Shown here: positions 30,189 to 39,328 of the stretch, piece after piece | Layout: each line of letters starts with the position of its first letter | Position numbering within the stretch: position 1 is the first letter of the stretch | Assembly: GCA_028279475.1 (NCBI GenBank) | Contig: JANQNR010000019.1 | Span: forward strand, 6,044 to 70,043 | Length of the DNA: 64,000 nucleotides | Source of the DNA: Rickettsiales bacterium | Lineage (GTDB): Bacteria; Pseudomonadota; Alphaproteobacteria; Rickettsiales; UBA998 | Direction of reading: 5' to 3' | Position numbers and translations under genes: made by a program | The notes under the pieces: generated by a model | What the model saw: only the letters and a program-made list of their open reading frames with translations | Database searches by the model: none | Told to the model about the DNA's origin: nothing

Positions 30189-30557
30189 ATGAGACTGATT
30201 TTGTTGAAGAACAAGGAAAATGACGACAGCGTAGCGGTTCCTACGGTGGAGACATTTGCCGCCGTTATTCGGCAAAATCAGCCATGGTACAAAGTATTGC
30301 GGCGAAAATGGCCGACTCCTATAGCAGTTCCACATAATTTCCGGACATATCACGTTCGGAAGTTATGTAGGAGAAACTGCTATAGCTATAAGAGGATCGT
30401 CATTTTATCCAAATCAAAAAACCGCAGGTTTTTTATTTGGAATGACGAGATGTTGAAGCCCTTGTCCGTAGCACCACTACGCACTGCGGGCTCCGCCTCG
30501 TATTCAGCCATTTTCGACTTGCAACAAAACATTAAGATATACGTAAACAGAGCCTGA
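30189..30557 (+). CDS. Basic hypothetical protein between ispDF and pgpA
   Basis: 122-aa ORF, RBS AAGGA, stops 3 nt before pgpA. Confidence 0.45.
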   Translation: MRLILLKNKENDDSVAVPTVETFAAVIRQNQPWYKVLRRKWPTPIAVPHNFRTYHVRKLCRRNCYSYKRIVILSKSKNRRFFIWNDEMLKPLSVAPLRTAGSASYSAIFDLQQNIKIYVNRA

Positions 30558-30560
30558 AAA

Positions 30561-31046
30561 ATGCCACGCTGCGTTCATACATTCGTCGCCACCTGGTTCG
30601 GTACCGGCCTTGCTCCGATAGCGCCCGGCACAGTCGGCTCACTGGCGGCTCTGCCCTTCGCCTACGTCATCCATAATGCCTTCGGTGCACCGATCCTGGC
30701 CGTGGCTGCTTTATTTATATTTATCATGGGCATCTGGGTCAGTGATATTTATATGGAACTTCATGACCGCAAGGACGATCCAAAAGAAGTGGTCATTGAT
30801 GAAGTGGCAGGCATGTGGCTATTGCTGGTCTTCGTCCCCCCCACCATGGCAGGCTACCTGGTTGCCTTTATCCTGTTTCGCATATATGACATCGCCAAAC
30901 CCTGGCCAATTTCTTGGTTTGACGAACGTTTTAAATCCGGCTTCGGAGTGATGTTCGACGATATCATCGCCGCCATCTTCGGTATCCTGACCTACGTCAT
31001 GCTGGAAACATTTGCATCGGGCTATTTGTCTCAGATACACGTATAA
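30561..31046 (+). CDS. pgpA: Phosphatidylglycerophosphatase A
   Basis: APGT.GSL, DP.EVVIDEVAG, FR..DI.KP.PI, GVM.DD..A. Confidence 0.94.
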   Translation: MPRCVHTFVATWFGTGLAPIAPGTVGSLAALPFAYVIHNAFGAPILAVAALFIFIMGIWVSDIYMELHDRKDDPKEVVIDEVAGMWLLLVFVPPTMAGYLVAFILFRIYDIAKPWPISWFDERFKSGFGVMFDDIIAAIFGILTYVMLETFASGYLSQIHV

Positions 31047-31049
31047 CCA

Positions 31050-32222
31050 ATGACAGTTGCAGGCATATTGCATCAACGGGAATGGCAGGGGCGGCGCTAT
31101 CTAGTCTCACCCACAGTCGATTTTTTGTTAGCCGGTGGCATTGCGTTTTTCCTGATTCCACTATTGTTTCTCGCTTTCCCGGTGAGTGCCGACGGCACCG
31201 TTGATGGGTATGACCTGTTCTATACCAGCATCTTTTTCGCTGTGATGGCCTACTTGGTCAATCACCCGCATTTTATGGTGTCGTATCAACTCATGTATCA
31301 GCGCTACCCGGAGAAACTGAAAAAGCACCGTGCTGACGCTTCTATCTACTGGCGTTATATTCTGGCCGGCATCGTGGTGCCGGTGGCGTTGCTCCTGTAC
31401 CTGATCTATGCCTTTATCGACCAAAGCCGGGACGTATTTGCGATTGGGGTGCATGTTCTGTTCTTCACCGTCGGCTGGCATTACGTGAAACAGGCCTTTG
31501 GTGTATTTGTCATGCTCTCGGCGCTCAAACAGGTCTACTACTCTCCTTTTACCCGGCGTATTTTGCTCATCAACTGTATGGTTGTGTGGATACTCTCCTG
31601 GCTGGAAGGCAATATCTGGGTGCCGGGTTATGAGAAAGAATCCGAGGACTATTATGGCGTCGAGTTCTACAGTCTGGATCTGGGCATCCCGCCTTATGTG
31701 ATCGAGTTACTAAAAGGGTTGGTTATTTTCTATGGTATCGCGTCGGCGCTGGCGATTGCCATGCACGCGATCCGCACCGGCGCCCGCCCCTCACTGACGG
31801 CATTGGCCGGGTATAGCAGCATGTACACGCTGATGCTGCTGGCCTATTACCATCCACTATGGGTCTATATGACACCGCTCTGGCATTCGGCACAGTACCT
31901 GCTATTTGTCTGGGCGTATAAACGTGGCGAGCGGCAATATCTGATCGACCATGGCGAGATGCAAAACGAGGAGGCACGGGAGCGGCTACGCAAATTCGTG
32001 CTCATCAGCTTCCTGATGGGCATCCTGATGTTTACCGGCGTTCCCCGTACGCTGGAATGGCTGACCGGCGACGTAGCACTGGCGCTCGGCATCCTGCTAC
32101 CCTTCCTCTACGGGTTCGATATCTTCATCAACATCCACCATTATTTTATCGATAATGTCATCTGGCGAAAGCAGAACAAGGAGGTGGGGCAGTATGTGTT
32201 TTACAGGGGGGCGGAGGCGTAA
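31050..32222 (+). CDS. Multi-TM protein with four His clusters (putative membrane metalloenzyme)
   Basis: NHPHF, GWHYVKQ, WHSAQYL, IHHYFID; about 9-10 TM helices. Confidence 0.75.
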   Translation: MTVAGILHQREWQGRRYLVSPTVDFLLAGGIAFFLIPLLFLAFPVSADGTVDGYDLFYTSIFFAVMAYLVNHPHFMVSYQLMYQRYPEKLKKHRADASIYWRYILAGIVVPVALLLYLIYAFIDQSRDVFAIGVHVLFFTVGWHYVKQAFGVFVMLSALKQVYYSPFTRRILLINCMVVWILSWLEGNIWVPGYEKESEDYYGVEFYSLDLGIPPYVIELLKGLVIFYGIASALAIAMHAIRTGARPSLTALAGYSSMYTLMLLAYYHPLWVYMTPLWHSAQYLLFVWAYKRGERQYLIDHGEMQNEEARERLRKFVLISFLMGILMFTGVPRTLEWLTGDVALALGILLPFLYGFDIFINIHHYFIDNVIWRKQNKEVGQYVFYRGAEA

Positions 32223-32230
32223 ACACATAA

Positions 32231-32264
32231 ATTTCATACAATCGCCACACCGCTAAGCTAATCT
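32231..32264 (+). promoter_or_regulatory. PhoB/OmpR-type box plus -10
   Basis: ATTTCAT-ACAA-TCGCCAC, 10 nt, TAATCT (second half-site degenerate). Confidence 0.45.
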
Positions 32265-32316
32265 TTATGTAGAAACCTTTGATAATCAACTCCAATTAAC
32301 TTGATGAAAATAGAGT

Positions 32317-32871
32317 ATGACATTAGCAATAACGGAATTACGTAACATACGTGCTGAATATATGAACGCTCGTAAGCTTTATAAGGATATGATTGCCATT
32401 GACGTAAATGATGCCAATGGTGGCATGTCATTTGAAGAATGGAAAAAATCTGATCATGGCCGCATCTGTGAAAACAACCTACGTGAAAAAAAACTCTATC
32501 AAGCTATCAATAAGGGCACGGGACGAACATCAAGAGTGTTTCGAGATGAGCTAGAAAAAGCCTATTACTTTAGTGGCGGCGATGGTGCCCCGTCTAAGAT
32601 TGTTACATTGCGTAAAATGGACGCAGACACAAAAAACTGGATATTACGAGCTGACGCGAGATGCCCGAATGGCGATACGAATGACTGGTTTAATGACTTT
32701 ATCAAAGATATCCGGGAAAAGATCATTAAAGCCAAAATCGTTTATTTTGACCTGCAACGATCATCCATACAAGACAGCTATGGCGTATCAAGCGATCTTC
32801 CTTCCTTAACTGTGACTGAGGTACATGCTGATGTTATGGCACCTGAACAGACGATTACACCATCAAGATAG
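32317..32871 (+). CDS. Orphan protein; candidate effector
   Basis: AT-rich 184-aa ORF; tail DLPSLTVTEVHADVMAPEQTITPSR. Confidence 0.75.
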   Translation: MTLAITELRNIRAEYMNARKLYKDMIAIDVNDANGGMSFEEWKKSDHGRICENNLREKKLYQAINKGTGRTSRVFRDELEKAYYFSGGDGAPSKIVTLRKMDADTKNWILRADARCPNGDTNDWFNDFIKDIREKIIKAKIVYFDLQRSSIQDSYGVSSDLPSLTVTEVHADVMAPEQTITPSR

Positions 32872-32971
32872 TCTGTTCCTTTCATCGAAACTCCCCTCAA
32901 TCATCGAGCAGATGCAACAAGCATACGGGTTTGATACCCCTGAGAAAGACGCATCCTAGACTGGCTTTCGT

Positions 32972-34468
32972 TTGCGTCATTCCGACGGCACAACTCTACC
33001 TCTCCCTGATCTCAGGTGCTCCGCCTATTATGTGTTGGTGCTGCCGAACCCACCAGACTCCGATCATCCCCATGTCGCCCTGCGGCGGGTATATCATCAT
33101 GCCCTGCGCACGCATTTCCCATCGTACCTGCGCAAGGTGTTTCACACACTGAACCCTGGACAAGACTATATCCACAATTGGCACCTTGATGCCATCAGCG
33201 AATACTTGGACGCATTGGAAACCGAAAATATCCGTCGCCTGATTATCAACATGCCGCCGCGTTCGCTGAAATCGCTCACCACGACGGTGGCCTGGACGTC
33301 CTACCTGCTGGGGCGTGCGCCGGAGACAAAAATCATCACCGCCAGCTATTCCTCAGCGCTGAGTATCAAACATGCCATGGATGTGCGCGCTTTAGTCGCC
33401 TGTCCTTGGTATCGCCAGCTCTTCCCACAGATGCAGATCATGCCGGGACAGAATGAGAAATATAAATTCGCTACCACGCGCTACGGTTTCCGTTTGGCAA
33501 CGTCGGTCGGTGGCACCTTGACTGGCGAAGGTGGCGACGTGATTATCGTCGATGATCCGCTAAATCCGGCACAAGCGACCTCGCGTCATTTCCGCAATCG
33601 CGCCAATCACTGGTTCGACCACACGTTGTCTTCACGGCTGAACGACAAACGTCATGGAAAAATGCTGGTGGTGATGCAACGCCTGCATGAGGAAGATTTG
33701 ACCGGTCACCTACTCGGCAAAGGCGGATGGGAACAGCTTTGCCTGCCGGCAATCGCTGAATCTCCCTTGACTATTTCTATCGGAGATTACGTGTATCCTA
33801 TGGAAGCAGGTGACCTGCTCCAGCCGACACGCGAATCGGAAGCCATTCTGCATCAGTTGCGCATGGATTTGGGAAGCATGGCGTTTTCAGCACAATATCT
33901 GCAATCGCCGGTCAGTGAGCAGGGTCATATGATTCGCAAGGAATGGCTGCACACTGGCGACACGATACCCGGCACATGGGACAGCATTATCCAAAGCTGG
34001 GATACGGCGATCAAATCCGGACACGCGAATGATTACAGCGCCTGCGTAACGATCGGGGTGCATGAGCACCAGTATTATGTGTTAGATGTGCTAGCTTTCC
34101 GCGCCGACTACCCGGAATTGCGGCGCACCGTGCTATCCCATTATGAACGCACTATGCCGGATGCAGTGTTGATTGAGGACAAGGCCAGCGGCCAATCACT
34201 CTTGCAGGATTTGCGTCGAGACTCCCCCATGCCCGTCATTGCCATACTGCCAAAAGGGGACAAAGTGCACCGCGTCGCCCGCATCACCCCATTGCTGGAA
34301 TCGGGGCGTATCCTGTTTCCTCGTCATGCGTCGTGGAAGGAGGACACCATTGCCGAATTACTAGCCTTTCCACATGGTGCCCATGACGACCGGGTTGATG
34401 CACTCACTCAGGCCATTACCTGGCTGCATCAGAAAGATGGGAATAATGAGAATATTCGGGTGCTTTAG
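32972..34468 (+). CDS. terL: Phage/GTA-type terminase large subunit (orphan)
   Basis: Walker A region INMPPRSLKS, Walker B VIIVDD, MQRLH.EDL.G, nuclease SWDTA and HDDRVDA; true start may be a GTG near 33032-33038. Confidence 0.9.
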   Translation: MRHSDGTTLPLPDLRCSAYYVLVLPNPPDSDHPHVALRRVYHHALRTHFPSYLRKVFHTLNPGQDYIHNWHLDAISEYLDALETENIRRLIINMPPRSLKSLTTTVAWTSYLLGRAPETKIITASYSSALSIKHAMDVRALVACPWYRQLFPQMQIMPGQNEKYKFATTRYGFRLATSVGGTLTGEGGDVIIVDDPLNPAQATSRHFRNRANHWFDHTLSSRLNDKRHGKMLVVMQRLHEEDLTGHLLGKGGWEQLCLPAIAESPLTISIGDYVYPMEAGDLLQPTRESEAILHQLRMDLGSMAFSAQYLQSPVSEQGHMIRKEWLHTGDTIPGTWDSIIQSWDTAIKSGHANDYSACVTIGVHEHQYYVLDVLAFRADYPELRRTVLSHYERTMPDAVLIEDKASGQSLLQDLRRDSPMPVIAILPKGDKVHRVARITPLLESGRILFPRHASWKEDTIAELLAFPHGAHDDRVDALTQAITWLHQKDGNNENIRVL

Positions 34469-34716
34469 CTAAGTTGCGGCGTAGTTTTTCCGGTCGATCC
34501 AACGGCAGGGGTTTCTGGAGGTGTTAGCGATTCATTGGACATATCCAGCATCAGATCAGAAGGTGCTGTCGGCAACACTGCTAAGATGGCTCCCATATCT
34601 TGAAGATTGACGTTTTTTCCCACGCCAACCGGAGACACCGCATCCACAGATTTAATCATCTCAATGGTTGGCGTCTTGACTACGGCAGGCTTTGGCAGAT
34701 CATCAATCTTGTTCAT
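34465..34716 (-). CDS. Small orphan protein with Pro/Thr-rich tail
   Basis: 83 aa, start overlaps the end of the upstream ORF; tail SLTPPETPAVGSTGKTTPQLS. Confidence 0.55.
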   Translation of the reverse strand: MNKIDDLPKPAVVKTPTIEMIKSVDAVSPVGVGKNVNLQDMGAILAVLPTAPSDLMLDMSNESLTPPETPAVGSTGKTTPQLS

Positions 34717-34897
34717 CGGGTTGTCCTTCTTTTCCTAAAAACTGTTCTTCGGGTCCATTTAATAATTCCAGCGCCTTGATGCCTGCCTCGATCTCCGATT
34801 CGTCCAACCGCATACCGATACAAATATCACGATAGGTCATGCCCGGCTTCATGATATAGTCGGCTCCAAACGGAATTGGTTTTTCAGTATGATCCAT
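34703..34897 (-). CDS. Small acidic hypothetical protein
   Basis: 64 aa, RBS AGGAG. Confidence 0.6.
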   Translation of the reverse strand: MDHTEKPIPFGADYIMKPGMTYRDICIGMRLDESEIEAGIKALELLNGPEEQFLGKEGQPDEQD

Positions 34898-34946
34898 ACA
34901 ACATCTCCTGACAATTTGATACTAGCAAAATTTGCTGTCGATCGGT

Positions 34947-34964
34947 GTTACATTTCTGTGAAAA
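34947..34964 (-). promoter_or_regulatory. PhoB/OmpR-type box
   Basis: TTTTCAC-AGAA-ATGTAAC upstream of the 34897 ORF; -10-like TAGTAT lies one helical turn further than in the other copies. Confidence 0.45.
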
Positions 34965-34980
34965 CCATACGCCGTATTGA

Positions 34981-34995
34981 TTAACCACTTGTTAA
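34981..34995. promoter_or_regulatory. CtrA-type box upstream of mucR
   Basis: TTAA-CCACTTG-TTAA. Confidence 0.55.
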
Positions 34996-35104
34996 TTCCT
35001 TCATGTTTCAGTATGCTTGTCGAAGAACATATTCTCTAGCGGCGACGTCCATGTCTATGCTATGAATGTGAAAATCATTATTTATGTATTACTAGGGAAA
35101 CACT

Positions 35105-35635
35105 ATGACCTCAGACACACATACGATCAAGGCAGCACTGCTTCGTGCAACTGGTGAGATTACGGCGGCACTGGTCACATCACAACAGCTTGGCACGGGG
35201 GACATTCCTGAGGTGGTTGATACCGTGTACCGCGCCCTTGATGATGCACAAAGCAATCATGCCCGTCCAACACTGGAAAAAGCGTCCGTGGATGTGGAAG
35301 CCTCCATCACTCCAGAATATCTGATCTGCCTGGAAGACGGCAAAAAACTGAAAATGCTCAAGCGTTATCTGAAGACCAACTACAACATGACGCCGGAAGA
35401 GTATCGCAAGCGCTGGAACTTGCCACCGGATTATCCGATGGTAGCACCCAATTACGCCAAGCGCCGCAGCGAATTGGCCAAAGACATCGGACTGGGCAAG
35501 CAATCGATCCGCCAGCGCAAACAGGTGGCTATCGGTAAATTCAAAGGTGGGCTACCTGGCGGCAAAGGTAAGTTACGGATTGTCAAAAGTACAGATATCA
35601 TGACCACGCGTTCGATTGGAACAAGCTCGGTTTAA
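35105..35635 (+). CDS. mucR: MucR/Ros family transcriptional regulator
   Basis: SIT.EYLICLEDGKKLKMLKRYL..., YR.RW.LP.DYPMVAPNYA..RS.LAK.IGLG. Confidence 0.94.
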   Translation: MTSDTHTIKAALLRATGEITAALVTSQQLGTGDIPEVVDTVYRALDDAQSNHARPTLEKASVDVEASITPEYLICLEDGKKLKMLKRYLKTNYNMTPEEYRKRWNLPPDYPMVAPNYAKRRSELAKDIGLGKQSIRQRKQVAIGKFKGGLPGGKGKLRIVKSTDIMTTRSIGTSSV

Positions 35636-35765
35636 CACTCAATACGAAGCTCCGTCATTGCCGCAGACTCATTGTCTGTATGAGCACACATATTTTGCAA
35701 ATAAGATGACAATCGCCTCATAACTCATAAGTGTGGGGGGGTGACTACACGAGAGCAATGAAATC

Positions 35766-35906
35766 TGGTGTCCTCAGAGAGGGAAAGGGTAAACTTCTGG
35801 GCAGGCTTGCTGAGCCGAAGCAGCGGAAAGTCCACCTTCGTTCTCTTGGAACTACGGCGCGACAGCGTTCTCGCTAATCTCGCTTCGCTCGATAAGTTGC
35901 GAAGGT
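35766..35906 (-). repeat. 141-bp tRNA-3'-linked element, copy B
   Basis: Directly follows the CCA of tRNA-Leu(TAG); first 52 nt identical to copy A. Confidence 0.92.
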
Positions 35907-35991
35907 TGGTGCGGATGGAGGGACTTGAACCCCCACGCCTTGCGGCACTAGAACCTAAATCTAGCGTGTCTACCAATTTCACCACATCCGC
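35907..35991 (-). tRNA. tRNA-Leu(TAG)
   Basis: GCGGATG/CATCCGC acceptor, anticodon loop TTTAGGT, long variable arm, GTTCAAG, CCA. Confidence 0.97.
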
Positions 35992-36159
35992 GCTGAAGCA
36001 TGGGTGTAGCGTATGCATGCTACGCTGACAAGGGGTTTTGGTGTCAGGCATCATAGACGGGTGATGATAGCAATATTGTAGCTATCATCCATGGGGTAAT
36101 TATACTAGCATAGTCGCTAAGAGATCGTGAAACTTCATTGAAAAATTCACATAATATTT

Positions 36160-36717
36160 ATGTATAAAAAAGAAGCCCTGCGCCAAACTCTGCGGGAGCG
36201 CCGCCGCAGCATTCCATCAGATAAGCGGGATGCCCTCACTGTACACGCTATCAGTCATCTGTATGACTATCTGTCTGCACAAACCTTCACCTGCTGTGCT
36301 CTTTACATGCCCGTTCATGATGAAATCTCACCGTTAGCAATTGCCTCCCACGTGCCGAATCTATCCTGGGCGCTGCCCATCACCATGTCCGATACAATGC
36401 AATTCGTTGCGTGGTCTCCGGAGATGCCGATGCAACCCGGCGCATTCGGGATCATGGAACCGATCGATAAGCAATCTGTTGACCCTGATTGCATCATCAC
36501 TCCTCTATTAGGGTTTGATGCAAACGGCCACCGGCTGGGCTATGGCAAAGGCTATTATGACCGCTATTTCGCCAGCGAGGTTGGGCGACAAGCGCAACGC
36601 ATCGGACTGGCCTTTGCCTGCCAGCAGGTCGAGCGCTTACCTAACGATGCACATGATATTCCGCTTCATGCTGTCATTACGGAGGATGGGATCATCACCG
36701 CTACCTCGCAACTATAG
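36160..36717 (+). CDS. ygfA: 5-formyltetrahydrofolate cyclo-ligase
   Basis: FGIMEP, PLLGFD..GHRLGYGKGYYDR, HD.PL..VITE. Confidence 0.93.
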   Translation: MYKKEALRQTLRERRRSIPSDKRDALTVHAISHLYDYLSAQTFTCCALYMPVHDEISPLAIASHVPNLSWALPITMSDTMQFVAWSPEMPMQPGAFGIMEPIDKQSVDPDCIITPLLGFDANGHRLGYGKGYYDRYFASEVGRQAQRIGLAFACQQVERLPNDAHDIPLHAVITEDGIITATSQL

Positions 36718-36773
36718 CCGTTTAGACAACGAAACCCTTGGCATTCCTTTGGTAGCGGGCTATATCCATAACT

Positions 36774-38762
36774 ATGAGTCAGGATTTATTTAATGCAAGC
36801 GCTGCACTGAAGCAACCGGCACAGGAAAGCTACACCGCTGATGATATTGAAGTGCTCGAAGGGTTGGAGCCGGTGCGCCGCCGTCCGGGCATGTATATTG
36901 GTGGCACCGACGAACACGCCATGCATCACCTCATCAGCGAGGTATTCGATAATTCCATGGACGAGGCCGTTGCCGGACATGCCAACCGCATCGAAGTCAT
37001 GCTGGAGCCTGGCAATCGCTTGACTGTGCGTGATAATGGGCGCGGCATCCCAATTGACCCGCACCCTAAATACCCGGATAAATCGGCACTGGAAGTGATC
37101 CTCACCACCCTTCATGCCGGGGGGAAATTTTCAACCAAGGTCTATCAAACGTCGGGCGGATTGCACGGTGTCGGTATCTCTGTTGTCAACGCACTGGCCA
37201 GTGATCTGATTGTGGAAGTAGCGCGCAATAAAACGCTCTACCGACAGCATTATGCGCGGGGTCATGCGCAGGGAGCGATTGAGGAAATCGGCAAAGCACC
37301 CAACCGACGCGGTACGACCATTACCTTTCTTCCTGACGAAGAGATTTTCGGCAAGCACCGCTTCCGCCCGGCGAAAATCTTCCAGTTTGTGCGTTCCAAG
37401 GCGTATCTGTATAAGGGCGTCGAAATTCGCTGGCAATGCGCACCGGAACTAGTGGAAGGTTCCGATATTCCGGCGGAAGCAACCCTGCATTATCCCGATG
37501 GGTTGAAGGATTTCTTGGCCTATGAGTTGGAATCCCGACCGATCATCGGCAAAATCTTTGACGGCAGCGCCGACCTGCCCGAAGGACGTGGACGCGTGGA
37601 GTGGGCGCTCGCCTGGCCACGCGATGAAGAAACCGCGATGCACAGCTATTGCAACACCATCGTCACCCCGCAGGGCGGCACCCATGAAACCGGGCTGCGC
37701 GCTGCCATCACCAAGGGCATCCGTAGTTTTGCCGAGATGTCCGGCTATAAAAAAACAGGACAGCTTACCGCTGATGACGTACTGGGCGGGGCGCATGCCA
37801 TTCTCTCCGTGTTCATCAGTGAGCCGCAATTCCAGGGGCAAACAAAAGACAAGCTGGTGACATCAGACGTAGCGCGGCTGGTAGAAAGTGCGATGCGTGA
37901 CCCGTTCGACCACTGGCTCAGTGGCGATGCCGCCTGCGCCTCGGCACTGGTCGAACATATCACCCGGCGTATGGAAGAGCGGCTAGCACGGCGCAAACAG
38001 AAAGAAATCAACCGCAAAAGCGTCACACAGAAACTGCGACTGCCGGGTAAGCTGACCGACTGCACTCGCGACGAGGCAGAGGGAACGGAACTCTATCTTG
38101 TGGAGGGCGACTCGGCCGGAGGCTCTGCCAAGCAGGCGCGCAGCCGTGAAACACAAGCCATCCTCCCCTTACGTGGGAAAATTCTCAATGTCGCCAGCGC
38201 CACGCGAGACAAGGTCGGAGCCAATCAGGAAATCGCCGATATGATTCAGGCGCTGGGCTGCGGAAGCGGCAAGCATTTTGATCTGGACGCGCTACGCTAT
38301 GAGAAAATCATCATCATGACCGATGCTGATGTTGACGGTGCCCATATTGCGTCGCTGCTGATGACATTCTTTTATCTGGAATTGCCGGAGCTGGTGCGTG
38401 AAGGGCATCTCTATCTGGCGCAGCCGCCACTTTATCGCATTACCCATAACAAGCAGCATTACTACCCGGCGAACGATGCCGAGAAAGATGCGCTGATGGA
38501 AACGCTCTCACAGGAGCGCGGCGCGATTGATGTGGGGCGCTTTAAGGGGCTGGGGGAAATGACACCGGCGCAATTAAAGGAAACCACGATGACACCGGGA
38601 AAGCGTACCTTGCTGCGGGTCGTGATTCCTGACGATGCTCACACAGAAACGGCGGATCAGGTCAATGCGCTGATGGGTAAAAAGCCGGAACTGCGCTTCC
38701 AGTTCATTCAGGAACAGACGCAGGAGCGCGGGCAGGCACTGCTAGAGTCATTGGATATTTGA
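36774..38762 (+). CDS. parE: DNA topoisomerase IV subunit B
   Basis: LEPVRRRPGMYIG, EVFDNSMDEA, VEGDSAGGSAK, MTDADVDG, RFKGLGEM; 662 aa without the GyrB insert. Confidence 0.94.
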   Translation: MSQDLFNASAALKQPAQESYTADDIEVLEGLEPVRRRPGMYIGGTDEHAMHHLISEVFDNSMDEAVAGHANRIEVMLEPGNRLTVRDNGRGIPIDPHPKYPDKSALEVILTTLHAGGKFSTKVYQTSGGLHGVGISVVNALASDLIVEVARNKTLYRQHYARGHAQGAIEEIGKAPNRRGTTITFLPDEEIFGKHRFRPAKIFQFVRSKAYLYKGVEIRWQCAPELVEGSDIPAEATLHYPDGLKDFLAYELESRPIIGKIFDGSADLPEGRGRVEWALAWPRDEETAMHSYCNTIVTPQGGTHETGLRAAITKGIRSFAEMSGYKKTGQLTADDVLGGAHAILSVFISEPQFQGQTKDKLVTSDVARLVESAMRDPFDHWLSGDAACASALVEHITRRMEERLARRKQKEINRKSVTQKLRLPGKLTDCTRDEAEGTELYLVEGDSAGGSAKQARSRETQAILPLRGKILNVASATRDKVGANQEIADMIQALGCGSGKHFDLDALRYEKIIIMTDADVDGAHIASLLMTFFYLELPELVREGHLYLAQPPLYRITHNKQHYYPANDAEKDALMETLSQERGAIDVGRFKGLGEMTPAQLKETTMTPGKRTLLRVVIPDDAHTETADQVNALMGKKPELRFQFIQEQTQERGQALLESLDI

Positions 38763-38767
38763 TATGA

Positions 38768-38824
38768 TGTCACCCCGTCGAATGACGGGGTCTGGCCGGA
38801 TGCCGTCATGAAGACGGCATGACA
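38768..38824. repeat. GTCA...TGAC palindromic element
   Basis: TGTCACCCCG...CGGGGTCTGGCCGGATGCCGTC...GACGGCATGACA; related to the reverse complement of 61603-61686. Confidence 0.8.
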
Positions 38825-38893
38825 ATCTTGTATTAGGCAGGCTTCTGGAACGGCAAAAAAAAACTCACTCAAACGCGATGGTTTCAGTGAGTC

Positions 38894-39082
38894 TCACTTT
38901 CTTTGCCTAATTTTTAATGTGTCCAAAAACAGCACTACACACAGTAGTGCGATAAAAACGGTTGCCTTGCCATCTACATAAGGTCTTGCAAAAAAATACA
39001 ATGCTGCAGAAAGAAGCCATATGCAGACGACTGCAATCTTCTTTCGTAAAGGCAACGATGAGAAATCTTTCTCAAATCGCAT
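38894..39082 (-). CDS. Small two-TM hypothetical protein
   Basis: 62 aa, two hydrophobic helices, AT-rich, lies between two repeat elements. Confidence 0.5.
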   Translation of the reverse strand: MRFEKDFSSLPLRKKIAVVCIWLLSAALYFFARPYVDGKATVFIALLCVVLFLDTLKIRQRK

Positions 39083-39164
39083 AACACTTCCTAAAAAGCA
39101 AATCGTCAGTAGCTTGCTTACCAAAAACGAGGGCAGATGTAAATGGCGTTTTTTAATAAGACGC

Positions 39165-39327
39165 CGTCATTTAAGGCCAAGCCTTAGGCGCGATCCGGAA
39201 TCCACCATTGTTGCGTCACTCCGGCGAAGGCCGGAGTCTCATTGCAAAAGATACCGGCCTCCGCTGGTATGACGTATTGTGGATAGATGAATTCCGTGTC
39301 TTCGCTAACGCTTCGCCCGGAATGACG
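39165..39327. repeat. Composite GTCA...TGAC palindromic element
   Basis: Shares modules with 47032-47162 and 48104-48246. Confidence 0.8.
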
Positions 39328-39328
39328 C

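Noticed and set aside
32317-35635. Prophage around the terminase
   Set aside because: No portal, capsid, tail, integrase or att pair; flanked by core genes.
36000-36159. 6S RNA (ssrS), often found upstream of ygfA
   Set aside because: The gap is short, AT-rich and contains the divergent tRNA promoter; no long 6S-like hairpin is visible, only a small inverted repeat near 36063-36089.
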